This document shows, piece by piece, positions 50,509 through 61,573 of a stretch of 64,000 nt of DNA. The position numbers and the translations under genes were made by a program. Origin of the DNA: Calditrichia bacterium (GTDB lineage Bacteria; Calditrichota; Calditrichia; JAJRVZ01); assembly GCA_963796965.1 (NCBI GenBank), contig CAWCNS010000004.1:192001-256000 (forward strand). Reading direction: 5' to 3'. Below the pieces are notes generated by a model. It was given only the letters and a program-made list of their open reading frames with translations, did not search any database and was not told the origin of the DNA. The stretch's first letter is position 1; each line of letters opens with the position of its first letter.

Positions 50509-53500
50509 ATGAGACTTAAAATAATTTCTACGACTATACTAATCATTTTAATGATTCACTCTGTTGGAAAGAATCTCCATGCACAGCAGGCATTCATTGG
50601 GGAAAAACAGCAAGCCTTTAAAACGTATCCCTATTCTGATCCAAATCCAATAGCAAATATTGGGATTATATATCCCTACTTCAGGTTTGATGGATACTCT
50701 AATAGTGGTCAATCGCAAGAATGGAAAATGGTTACTTTGGAGAATGATTATATCAAAGTATTTATCACCCCGGAAATAGGCGGGAAAATATGGGGGGCAT
50801 TGGATAAATCAACCGGTAAAATGTTCATCTATTATAACGGGGTTGTCAAATTCAGAGATATTGCCATGCGCGGCCCGTGGACTTCTGGTGGAATTGAAAC
50901 AAATTTCGGGACAATTGGTCATGCGCCGACCTGCTCATCTCCGGTTGATTATATCTTGCAGGAGAATAGTGATAGTAGTGTCAGCTGTATTATCGGGGCA
51001 ATGGATCTTCCCTCAAGGACCACCTGGAGAGTGGAAATTCGATTGCCTAAAGATAAAGCATTCTTTGAGACAAACGCTATTTGGCATAACAACTCTCCAT
51101 TACATCAACCCTATTACCATTGGATGAATAGTGCTGCCAGAACCTCTGATGATTTGGAGTTATATTTTCCGGGTCATAGTTTTATTGGTCATGATGGTCG
51201 ATCACATAGTTGGCCGGTAAATAATGATGACCGGGATTTATCGTTTTATGTAAATAATAACTTTGGCAGTTATAAATCCTATCATGTGCTAGGCCAGTAT
51301 AACGGCCTATTTGGGGGTTATTACCATAACGATCAGTTCGGATTTGGGAATTGGTCTCTGTATGGAGATAAACCGGGGAAAAAATTATGGATCTGGGGAT
51401 TGTCCCGGCAAGGGATGATCTGGGAAAAATTGCTAACCGATACAGACGGACAATATATAGAATGGCAATCCGGCCGACTATTCAATCAGGCGGCAAGGTC
51501 GAGTGGCGAGACACCTTTCAAACACCGTACATTTTTTCCTTATGCAACCGATAAATGGCGTGAAATCTGGTTCCCGGTAATTGGAACGAATGGTTTGACC
51601 GCTGCATCTCCTTTAGGGATCTTGAATGTTGAACAAAAAAACACTCAGACAATATTATATTTTTGTCCTCTTCAAAAAATCAATGATATCCTGTCTGTGA
51701 AAATGGATGGGAAGGAACTCTATTCTAATCAATTAAGTCTTAGTCCCATGCAGGTATTTGTAGATTCAATCCCATCTATCATTTCTGAAGAAACCCAGGT
51801 TTATCTTGGCAATCAAACACTGAACGTTTCGTCCTCTGCAGATGAAACAGCACTCAACCGTCCGCTGAAAACAGCGGATGAATTTGATTGGACTACCATT
51901 CAGGGGATGTCACTAAAGGCTAATGAAGAATATAAACAGCGCAACTATAGTGAGGCCCAGGCACTATATACTGCCTGTTTAGAAAAGGACCCATACTACT
52001 TGGAAGCCCTAACCAAAATGGCAGAATTGCATTACCGTCGGATGAACTATGATTCTGCACTTACATATGCCAGACAGGCTCTGGCTATTGATACCTATGA
52101 TGGGGCTGCAAATTTTATATATGGAACAATTAACCGACAGTTAGATCTATCTGCAGACGCCAAAGATGGATTTAGCCTGGCAGCACAGAGTATGGACTAT
52201 CGTTCGGCCGCTTATGCTCAGTTAGCAGAGATGTCAATTGAAGAAAAGAATTGGTATGAGGCGGAAGAATATGCATCCCGATCGATTGACTATAACCGAT
52301 TTAATTTGACTGCTTATCAGGTGCTTTCGATTGCTTTCCGCAAGCAGGGGTTGGAAAAAAGGGCACGAAATTCTCTCCAAGAATTATTAAAGATCGACCC
52401 TCTTAACCATATTGCCAGGTTTGAAAGCTATTTAATCGACAATAATAGAGAAGATTTACATGATTTTCAACGGTATATCCGGGGTGAATTACCGCAGGAA
52501 ACGTATCTGGAATTAGCGAGTGTCTACTATCATCTTGGATTGAATCAGGAATCCCTTGACCTCCTTGAGTTGGCACCAGTCAATCCCGATTGTTTTTTAC
52601 TGGCGGGCCTATCTCTTGGCCAAAACAGGTGAGATGAAAAAAAGTGAGGACTTATTAAGAAAAGCGGATATTCAATCACCCTATCTCATCTTTCCCTTTC
52701 GACAAGAAACAGCTCGTATCCTGATGTGGGCAAGGAATCAAAAATATAATTGGAAGCGTAATTATTACCTGGCTCTTATTTACTGGAATATGGGAAGAAA
52801 AAAAGAAGCTGGACAATTATTAGCAGCATGCCGTGAGGATCCTAAATATGCACCTTTTTATCTTACCCGGGCAAAGTTTTTGGAATCTCATGATCCGGAA
52901 GGGGCGCTCCGCGATTACCGAAAAGCGATTAAACTTGATAAATCAGAATGGCGGTCCTGGTTATTTCTATCCCGGTTATATTATAAAATGGGTGACAAGG
53001 AGAATTATCTGAAATCGCTTCAGACTATTTATCAGGAGTATCCAAAGGATTATCGTCTTGGCAGTTCCCTATGCCCAAGCCCTTGTATCGTTCTGCAGAA
53101 TTTCGATAAATGTCTGGAAGTTTTGGAAGGACAGACGTGCTGCCATTCGAGGGTGCCGGTGAAGCGCGAAAAATTTATAATCAGGCCCATCTTAGTCTGC
53201 CATAAATGACCTGGAAAATGATTCTCTTATTCGCGGCTCTGACACATCTGGATAAAGCCAGATTTTGGCCGGAAAATTTGGGAGCCGGAAAACCCTATGA
53301 AGTTGATGAGCGGTTGGAGGATTATTTGGAAATGATTATTCGGAATCGGCTCAATCAGAGTGAAAAAACAGAAAAGATTTCGATGAGAATTTTAGATCAA
53401 ACTAAACTTTATGAAACTGATACAGGTCCCAATCAGATTATAAGTGCTCTGGCTTTAGAACAACAGGGAGAACATAATGAAGCCTTATCCCTTTTGGAAA

Positions 53501-53658
53501 AATGGGCAGCGGTTTCTCCTGATAGTGAATTGGCCTTCTGGGCTGTGGCACATTTTAATGAAGATGGCGAGGAAGAAGATCGCTTCTATCAAAAAATCAA
53601 AGATCGGAAAGATATTGAGATCTATTTAAAAGTGATAGATCTGACAATATTAAATTAA
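50509..53658 (+). CDS. DUF5107/TPR secreted protein, several frameshifts between about 52580 and 53210
   Basis: TYPYSDPNP, LENDYIKV..PEIGGKIW, RGPWTSGGIE, PGKKLWIWG, WPENLGAGKPY; TPR-like helices. Confidence 0.8.
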
Positions 53659-53707
53659 TCAGTCTAGTGTTTGTGAAAATGCAAGATTAGACAAGCAGGA
53701 TAATATT

Positions 53708-55997
53708 ATGAATAAATATATATCTATAGTATTTACTTTGTTTATCATCATTCTTTCACCGACGATAAAAGAATTAAATGCTGAACAAATTGGTGTAAAC
53801 TGGGAATTTGATGAAGAAAACAATTGTGAAGGATGGGAGATATTCTTTGGGGCGTCTGATCTTATAGTAACAAATGGAATCCTGCAGGCAACAGCAAGCG
53901 GATGGTTCCCCTGTCTCAAGAGTTCGGAGTTTGATGTTTCCGCAAAAGAATACGGTATCATTAGCCTTCGTATGAAAGTTAGTGGATCTTCCTCGGCCCG
54001 ATTTCTCTGGGAAACTGATAATGGTAATACCGGGATAATTTCGTTCCCGGTTTATGATGATACTTCTTTCCATGAATACCGGATTCCTGTTTACGATCTT
54101 GATAATTGGAGCGGACAGATTATTAAATTTCAAAGATTGGAGATTAGCGGATCCGATGATATTGTAGGGAAGAAAATAGAGATTGACTATATCAGAGTTT
54201 TGAGCACTGGCTTTCAACCACATGTCGATTATTTTAAACCACTAAGAACAATATTAAAGCCAGGGGATCCTATCCCACTGCGGGCGGGCATAAAAAATAA
54301 CGGTGACCGGGAAGGATCATTGACTATTGAATTAGATTTGCCGTCTGAATTTCAGTTAACCGAGGGATTTGAACAGAATACTATTTCGGTATTACAACCA
54401 AATAAAAGTGATACCCTGGCCTGGACGGTCATCTGTCAGGATACTGGTAATTTTTCATTATACTTATCGACTGTTACCGGATCCGGAGATTCGAGTGAAT
54501 CCATCTTGAATGTTTCTGTTACCAATCACTATTGGCGGCAAAAGGAGTTTATTCTTAGCGCCTGGTCCCCCCCTTCGGGAACAGACTCTGCATATACGTA
54601 TTATCAATCTGCGAATTTTGATAAGGTTTTGTGGTTGCCTCCAGACCAAACATCAGTCACTAGAGCAGAGCAGTTTAACATGCAATATATCCTAAGGGCG
54701 GGGAGTCTCCTGGGAGAGCACCGTTATCTCAGAGCAACAGAAAATATACCACCTGAAGAGTTAACCCCTGAAGATTTGTCAAAACTGGATGCTACTCTTG
54801 ACGGCGTTTATGGAAAATGAAGCGAATTTGGGATATTATATTACAGATGAACCGAATGCCCACGCCTATCCGAACCTAAGCAAAGTTGTGACATATATTC
54901 GGGAAAAAGATCCAACACGTTTGAGTTTTATAAATCTTTTTCCCACTTATGCCGATGAAGAACAACTGGGTACGGATAGCTACGATAACCATGTTGAACA
55001 ATTTATTGACATCGTTAAGCCTGAGCTCCTTAGCTACGATCATTATCACTTTTTTAATGGCAGAGATGGTAATGGTTATTTCAATAACCTTGGGATTATT
55101 AGAAAGTGGGCGATGAGATACGATATCCCATTTTGTAATATTATTCAGGCGATAGGATATGATGTTTTAGATTGGCGAATTCCCAATGAAAATGAACATC
55201 GCTGGCTGGTGTATTCTACTCTGGCATATGGTGCAAAAGCGATTATCTGGTTTCACTGGGATCATGATTGGGGTCTAACCAACTCTCCGAAACGCGATCA
55301 ATTATTTGCCTCTATTCAAAAGTTAAATAAGGAAATTAATATCATTGGTCCAGTCCTTTTGCCTTTAAAATCAGTTGCAGTCTATCATACAGGTACTGTT
55401 CCCTTTGGTGGTGAGCCTCTACCAATAGACGGATTGGTTAAAAGTGTAGATAATTCGGCAAACCTTGTCGTGGGAATTTATAAAGACCCTTCTGACGTGG
55501 ATTATCTGATGTTGATGAATAGAGATTACTCTGATTCTATTACCTCAACGGTTACATTAAATTATAGGTTAGATGAACTGCAGGTATTTGATGTGGATTC
55601 AGGCATATGGAAACAGAGTTTAAATTTTAGTGAATCCAAATTGGTTACCAACCTGCGCCCTGGTGAAGGTAAATTATATAAACTTGAGGGTAGTCTCACA
55701 GGTAATATCCGCAAAATGGATATATCTCCATCATCATTTGGATTGAGACAGAACTATCCAAATCCATTCAATCCCGTTACAATGATCAATTACCAATTAC
55801 CAATGAGCAATGCTGTAGAATTGAGTGTTTTTAATCTACTCGGTCAGAAAGTGGCAATACTTGTTAATGAAAAACAACAGGCTGGAAACTACCAGATTGA
55901 ATGGGATGCATCAAGGTTTGCCAGTGGTGTTTATCTCTATCGAATTATTACAGATAACGGATTGATCGACACAAAGAAATTATTATTACTGAAATAG
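53708..55997 (+). CDS. Secreted multidomain protein with putative GH catalytic barrel and T9SS-like CTD, frameshift near 54800
   Basis: Signal peptide; beta-rich N-domains; YYITDEP, FINLFP, LSYDHY, LAYGAK; NYPNPFNP...KKLLLLK. Confidence 0.7.
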
Positions 55998-56207
55998 TCT
56001 CAACTATATAGCACGCGGATGACGTGGATTACACTGATTCTCACGGATTGAAATAAAATTTTATCCAGCATTTGGTGTATAGGATCTCGCTTCCATTTTC
56101 ACTAAAGGATATCATGTAATCCTGCGATCCTGTCAAAAGAATATTTACATTATCATATAATACAAACATAATTAATTGATCAATATCAATAACAAAGGGG
56201 ATATACA

Positions 56208-57344
56208 ATGAGAATAGACAAGTCGTTACGCATGTTTCTGTTAATTTTAATGGTGGGGGTTACAAGTCTCCAGGCACAAGATGATGATCCAATAGTTTTT
56301 GGCCCATATCTTCAGAATATGACCTATCGCAGTGTGACAATTTGTTGGTCAACCCTGGAGGGAAAATCATTTGTTACACATCCGGGAGGAAAAATAGATA
56401 CGCTTCGTCACTATGAACAGCATCAGATAAAGTTGCCAAGATTGAAAGAGAAATCTACCTATAATTACGATGTTCTGGGAAATGGCGCGACGGAAGGTAT
56501 GGGTTCATTTACTACTTTTCCCAGGGGTATTGAACCATTCAAATTCGTTACCCTGGGTGATACCCGATCCCGTCATGATGTTCATCAAAAAATAGTCGAT
56601 CAAATTATCGAACAAAAACCCACATTTGTGATCAATACGGGGGATCTTGTAAGTAACGGTGATAATATCCTGGACTGGGAACAATTTTTTAAGATTAACC
56701 AGAATTTAATGCGGGATATTCCATACTTTCCGGTTCTAGGTAATCACGAAAAAGATTCACATTTTTATTTTGATTTTTTTGATCTGCCGGGTGACGGTCG
56801 CTATTATCATTTTAGTGTTGGGGATGCGCTTTTTCTAATGCTTGACAGCGAAGGACCAAATTTTGAAACGCCGTCCTATATTAAAGATGAAAATCGGGAA
56901 GCTTTCTGGGAAAATTATAATATAGAATATTTTAAAGAGCAAAAGGCCTGGGCGGAGCATATTCTTGATCTTCATGATGATGCTGGTTTTATCTTTGCGT
57001 TTATGCATAAACCCCTATATAGTATTAAAAAAAGCCGGCTGGAGGGTACGAAAATTCGCAGGGAATTCTGGGGTGATATTTTTGAACGGCATAATGTGCA
57101 GATTTTTATGAATGGACATGACCATCACTATCACCGAGCCGTGCATGGCGGTACACAATATATCACAACAGCAGGTGGCGGTGCGGGACTTTATGAAACC
57201 GATGCCCCGCAACCGGAGACCGTAAAGTATAATAAGACAGAGCATTTTGTTACAGTTGATGTAGGTCTTCAAGAAGCAACTTTGACTGTTATTGATATCA
57301 ATGGTGAAGTCATCGATACAGTCACGGTCCCCAAAAGAAAATAA
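56208..57344 (+). CDS. Secreted metallophosphoesterase (purple acid phosphatase-like)
   Basis: GPYLQ, GDTR, TGDLV, GNHE, GHDHHY. Confidence 0.9.
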   Translation: MRIDKSLRMFLLILMVGVTSLQAQDDDPIVFGPYLQNMTYRSVTICWSTLEGKSFVTHPGGKIDTLRHYEQHQIKLPRLKEKSTYNYDVLGNGATEGMGSFTTFPRGIEPFKFVTLGDTRSRHDVHQKIVDQIIEQKPTFVINTGDLVSNGDNILDWEQFFKINQNLMRDIPYFPVLGNHEKDSHFYFDFFDLPGDGRYYHFSVGDALFLMLDSEGPNFETPSYIKDENREAFWENYNIEYFKEQKAWAEHILDLHDDAGFIFAFMHKPLYSIKKSRLEGTKIRREFWGDIFERHNVQIFMNGHDHHYHRAVHGGTQYITTAGGGAGLYETDAPQPETVKYNKTEHFVTVDVGLQEATLTVIDINGEVIDTVTVPKRK

Positions 57345-57407
57345 TTGATATAAAAAGTTTTTCTCTTGCACGAGACGCAATGATTAAAATATTTTTATTT
57401 GCAGTAA

Positions 57408-57524
57408 GTCATCCTGTCCCAAAGGGATGCCTTCGGCAAAAGGATCTTCCAATGTGTGGTAACAAAATCTATTAAAAGGAAGATTCTTATCCCGAGACGC
57501 GATCCCGTTCCGGGACAGAGTGAC
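57408..57524. repeat. GTCAT-type REP pair with a double-hairpin micro-element in each arm
   Basis: GTCATCCTG[TCCCAAAGGGATGCCTTCGGCA]AAAGGATCT ... GATTCTTA[TCCCGAGACGCGATCCCGTTCCGGGA]CAGAGTGAC. Confidence 0.75.
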
Positions 57525-57606
57525 GAGTCTATTAGGTATATTTCAATATTAGCATATATACTTCACTAATTAATCTTACATGCAATTGTCATTAAAAGGA
57601 GTGGTT

Positions 57607-59880
57607 ATGAAAAAGCCTACCTCAAAAACAAAAATTAGAATAACCACACTTTTGTTTCTTACCTTTGGTTTGATTTTCACCGGGTGTTCTGAGAAAATTG
57701 TTCTTATAGAAAATGGGAAAAGCGATTATAAAATCTTGGTGTCAGATGAGGCAGTTCCATCAGAAAAATATGCTGCTTCTGAATTGCAAAAATATATCAA
57801 TCAAATAAGTGGACTCCTTCTCCCAATAACAAATGACTATCAACCTTCAGAAAAATATATTTTTGTTGGATTTCATGGAGCTCCCGCCAAACAGACCCAA
57901 GATATTGATTATAAGCTTTTCGGATCGGAAGAATATATAATCAAAACATCCTCAGAAGGTATTCTGATTGCAGGTGGTAAACCTAGAGGTACCCTGTATG
58001 GCGTTATTGCATTTTTGTCGGATTATCTTGGCTGCCGTTGGTATACCCCGGATTTTAAGAAGATTCCTTCTAATAAAGATATTATACTTCCCCCTATTGA
58101 TTTAAGAGAGAAACCGGCATTCGAATACCGTGAAGCCTGGTATCGTGAAGCGTATGATCCTGAATGGGCTGTGCATAACCGCCTGAATCCATCTATCAAA
58201 TCAATACCTGATTCAATGGGTGGTGGATATAAAATATATCCATTTGTCCACACTTTTTACCAGCTGGTTTCTCCCAAGAAGTATTTCAAATCCCACCCCG
58301 AATATTTTTCACTAATCAACGGCAAACGAAAAGACCATGAAGCACAACTATGTTTAACAAATCCTGATGTCGTCCGCATTGCCATAGAAACAGTTTTCCG
58401 CTGGATTAAAGAGAATCCGGATGTTCAGGTGCTTTCTGTTGATCAGAATGATGGATATGGCTTCTGTGAATGTGAAGATTGTGCGGCCATCGATGAAGCT
58501 GAGGGTAGCCATTCCGGTACAATCCTTACATTTGTTAATCAAATTGCCGATACGGTAGCTAAAACACATCCGGGCATCCGCATTCAGACCTTGGCTTATG
58601 TATATAGTGAGATTCCTCCCAAAACGATAAGGCCTCATCCGATCGTGACCATCCGTCTCTGCCACTATAATTATTGCAGTGCGCATCATCTGGAGGGCTG
58701 CGATAATCATAAGGTATATATAGAGAGGCTTTTGGCCTGGAGTAAGATTGCAGATCGTTTGACAATTTGGGATTATTTTACCGATTTTAGTCACTATCTC
58801 ATTCCTTTCCCGAATTTTGAATCTCTGAAGCATGATGTGAGGTTTTATGCAGAGCATAAGTGTATTGGATTATTTGCCCAGGGCTGTAATGTGCCTCAAA
58901 AAGGCGGTGGGGAGTTTGCCTCCCTGAGGGCCTGGGTTTTTGCCCAATTGATGTGGAACCCGTATCAGGATGCCCAGATCCTGATTGATGAATTTGTAAC
59001 GGAAGTATATGGTAAGGCAGCACCTTTTGTAAAATCCTACATAGATTTACTTCATGAAAAAGTCAGACCTGATTCAGTCTTTTTTAGCATCTATGCTAAA
59101 CCAACCGACGGAGGTTATCTAACACCTGAATTGGTTAAGCAATCAGTTCAGCTTTTTAAGCAGGCTGAGAAGGCTGCTGACAATAATGAGGCATTATTAA
59201 AACGCGTGGAACTAGCAGAATTGCCGATATTATATACCCAACTTTATTTTTATTCCACGGGCGGTCAGGCCTATTTGAGCAAGGAATCAATGCCGGCAGT
59301 TTTGGATAAATTTATGAGAATAATTGAGGAAAATAGTATCACACAAATAGCAGAAGGCAGGGACAGAGGTGATATAACTAAGTTTGTTGAAAAAGTTACA
59401 AACCAACATAGATATCTGACAAATTGGTGGATCATCGGCCCTTTTGATAATCCTGATAAAAAAGGATTAGAAATGATTTTTCCCCCTGAGAAGGCATTTG
59501 AATCTGAAAAGTCTTATAAGGGTAGAAATGGTCAAATGGTTAAGTGGCGATACATTGAAAACAGACAGTCCGGTTATATCGATTTTACAAAGTTGTTTAA
59601 CCCATCAGATCTGGGTGTCGCCTATGCACGGGGTACGATAAATTCGAACGAAGATAGAGTGTTGAAAATTGGCGTTGGTAGTAATGATGGCGTTCGATTG
59701 TGGATAAATGGCAAGTTACTGTTAGACAGGCAAATTGAGCGTAAGGCGGAACCAAATCAGGATATCCTGGATGTGAACCTGAAAAAAGGGGAGAATGAGA
59801 TTCTGCTTAAAATCGATCAAACCGGTGGTGGATGGGGATTCTTCTTTACGGTGATTGAGGGAGAACAGTTTATCCTATAA
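57607..59880 (+). CDS. DUF4838 putative glycoside hydrolase lipoprotein with C-terminal beta-sandwich module
   Basis: Lipobox FTGC; RGTLYGV, LGCRWYTP, HPEYFSL, QLCLTNP, CECEDC, LMWNP. Confidence 0.8.
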   Translation: MKKPTSKTKIRITTLLFLTFGLIFTGCSEKIVLIENGKSDYKILVSDEAVPSEKYAASELQKYINQISGLLLPITNDYQPSEKYIFVGFHGAPAKQTQDIDYKLFGSEEYIIKTSSEGILIAGGKPRGTLYGVIAFLSDYLGCRWYTPDFKKIPSNKDIILPPIDLREKPAFEYREAWYREAYDPEWAVHNRLNPSIKSIPDSMGGGYKIYPFVHTFYQLVSPKKYFKSHPEYFSLINGKRKDHEAQLCLTNPDVVRIAIETVFRWIKENPDVQVLSVDQNDGYGFCECEDCAAIDEAEGSHSGTILTFVNQIADTVAKTHPGIRIQTLAYVYSEIPPKTIRPHPIVTIRLCHYNYCSAHHLEGCDNHKVYIERLLAWSKIADRLTIWDYFTDFSHYLIPFPNFESLKHDVRFYAEHKCIGLFAQGCNVPQKGGGEFASLRAWVFAQLMWNPYQDAQILIDEFVTEVYGKAAPFVKSYIDLLHEKVRPDSVFFSIYAKPTDGGYLTPELVKQSVQLFKQAEKAADNNEALLKRVELAELPILYTQLYFYSTGGQAYLSKESMPAVLDKFMRIIEENSITQIAEGRDRGDITKFVEKVTNQHRYLTNWWIIGPFDNPDKKGLEMIFPPEKAFESEKSYKGRNGQMVKWRYIENRQSGYIDFTKLFNPSDLGVAYARGTINSNEDRVLKIGVGSNDGVRLWINGKLLLDRQIERKAEPNQDILDVNLKKGENEILLKIDQTGGGWGFFFTVIEGEQFIL

Positions 59881-59903
59881 TACAAAATTTAAAATTCATT
59901 TAT

Positions 59904-59975
59904 GAACAAGGAACACCGATTAACGATTTGCGAAGTTATTGAAGATCTGATTTCGTAAATCGTTGATCCTTGTTC
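59904..59975. repeat. Imperfect inverted repeat (GAACAAGGA...TCCTTGTTC)
   Basis: GAACAAGGA..AACGATTTGCGAA / TTCGTAAATCGTT..TCCTTGTTC. Confidence 0.6.
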
Positions 59976-60015
59976 TATATTCAAAATCTTTCTACAATAC
60001 TAACCGGGATAAATC

Positions 60016-61323
60016 ATGAAAAAATCATGCTCGTCGATTTATAAAATTGTGTACCAAATTTTAATCACTTTATGTTTACTTCCTGTTCTGTTGCATAGCG
60101 GGGATGTAAACACAAAGCCCAACATTATTCTGATCATGGCTGATGATTTGGGGTATGAAAGTCTCAGCTGTAATGGCAGTCAATCCTATAAAACACCTAA
60201 TCTGGATGAGCTCGCCGCTACGGGAATCCGCTTTGATCAATGCTTTTCGCAACCACTTTGTACGCCTTCACGGGTACAAATTATGACCGGTCGCTATAAT
60301 TTTCGTAATTATAAGATGTTTGGTTATTATTCCATTGAAGAAGTTAGTTTTGGAAATATTCTTAAAAAGGCCGGATATCAGACCTGTATTGCCGGTAAAT
60401 GGCAGTTAAGCAATGGTGTAGAGGGTCCACATCTGGCAGGCTTTGATGAATATTGCTTATGGCAGATATACCGCAAGATTGCCGGTGAATGGGTTGTGGG
60501 CTCGCGTTATGCCGATCCGACAATTCATCTAAATGGGCAGTTAATAAAAAATACAGAAGGGAAATATGGCCCTGATATTTTTTGTGATTTTATAGTTAAT
60601 TTTATTGAACGAAAAAAGTCAGAACCTTTCTTCGTTTATTATCCCATGGTTCTAACCCACGATCCCTTTAGTCCTTCCCCAGATCATCCCGACTGGAAGG
60701 TAGATAAATTTGCCAACGATACAACTTACTTCTCAGACATGGTTTCTTATATGGATAAAGTTGTCGGTCGCATTGTTGAAAAGTTAGATGAGCTTAAGAT
60801 CAGAGAAAATACTTTGATCTTGTTTACCGGTGACAATGGTAACCACCGCTCCATATATTCAAAAATTGGTGGGCGCTGGGTCCAGGGCGGTAAATCCAAA
60901 ATGATTTCGGCCGGAACCCATGTACCCTTCATCGCCAACTGGTCAGGAAAAATTTCACCGAATCAGGTTTCAGATAATCTGATTGACTTTACCGATTTTT
61001 TCCCAACGCTGGCAGATCTTGGTGGGGCTGAAACTCCGGAAGATCTCGTGATTGATGGAAAAAGTTTTCTCCCTCTTCTGCTTGGCGAGAAAGATGTACA
61101 CCGGGATTGGGTCTATATGTATTACTGGGGTAGGGGGCGGGATCTTCTTAAAAAAAGAGAAAGTGCACAAACCGCTCAATTGAAACTTTATGATAATGGT
61201 GACTTTTATGATTTTATTGCAGATCCCTTGGAAAAAAAGCCCATGGCAGATCATGAATTATCCACAGAGCAGATCCTGGTTAAAAAGGAATTGCAGGATG
61301 TTTTGGATAATATAAAAAAGTAA
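60016..61323 (+). CDS. S1 sulfatase (Cys-type)
   Basis: PNIILIMADDLG, CTPSR..MTGR, GKW, GDNG. Confidence 0.93.
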   Translation: MKKSCSSIYKIVYQILITLCLLPVLLHSGDVNTKPNIILIMADDLGYESLSCNGSQSYKTPNLDELAATGIRFDQCFSQPLCTPSRVQIMTGRYNFRNYKMFGYYSIEEVSFGNILKKAGYQTCIAGKWQLSNGVEGPHLAGFDEYCLWQIYRKIAGEWVVGSRYADPTIHLNGQLIKNTEGKYGPDIFCDFIVNFIERKKSEPFFVYYPMVLTHDPFSPSPDHPDWKVDKFANDTTYFSDMVSYMDKVVGRIVEKLDELKIRENTLILFTGDNGNHRSIYSKIGGRWVQGGKSKMISAGTHVPFIANWSGKISPNQVSDNLIDFTDFFPTLADLGGAETPEDLVIDGKSFLPLLLGEKDVHRDWVYMYYWGRGRDLLKKRESAQTAQLKLYDNGDFYDFIADPLEKKPMADHELSTEQILVKKELQDVLDNIKK

Positions 61324-61403
61324 GAAGAACTTTACGTTTTAGCGATTGAGGGTAAGATGATTCAGTTCACTGGCGTAGTCTTCACGATAGAAATTTTTGT
61401 ATT

Positions 61404-61531
61404 TCTCGCAAAGTCGCCAAGACGCTAAGAAAATAAAATATTAGTCATTTTTAAGAGTAAATACCACGAATTTGATAATACGAAATAAGCTCTAAATAGA
61501 AAAAACTTTGCGTCTTGGCGCCTTTGCGAGA
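61404..61531. repeat. REPIN-like inverted pair, TCTCGCAAAG family
   Basis: TCTCGCAAAGTCGCCAAGACGCTAAG ... CTTTGCGTCTTGGCGCCTTTGCGAGA. Confidence 0.85.
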
Positions 61532-61573
61532 AAAAAATAATAGAGATAAGAAATATCAGTGAGATCCTCTTCT

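Noticed and set aside
8443..54820. Programmed ribosomal frameshifting or phase variation at split genes
   Set aside because: No common slippery sequence or long SSR at the junctions; sequencing error is simpler.
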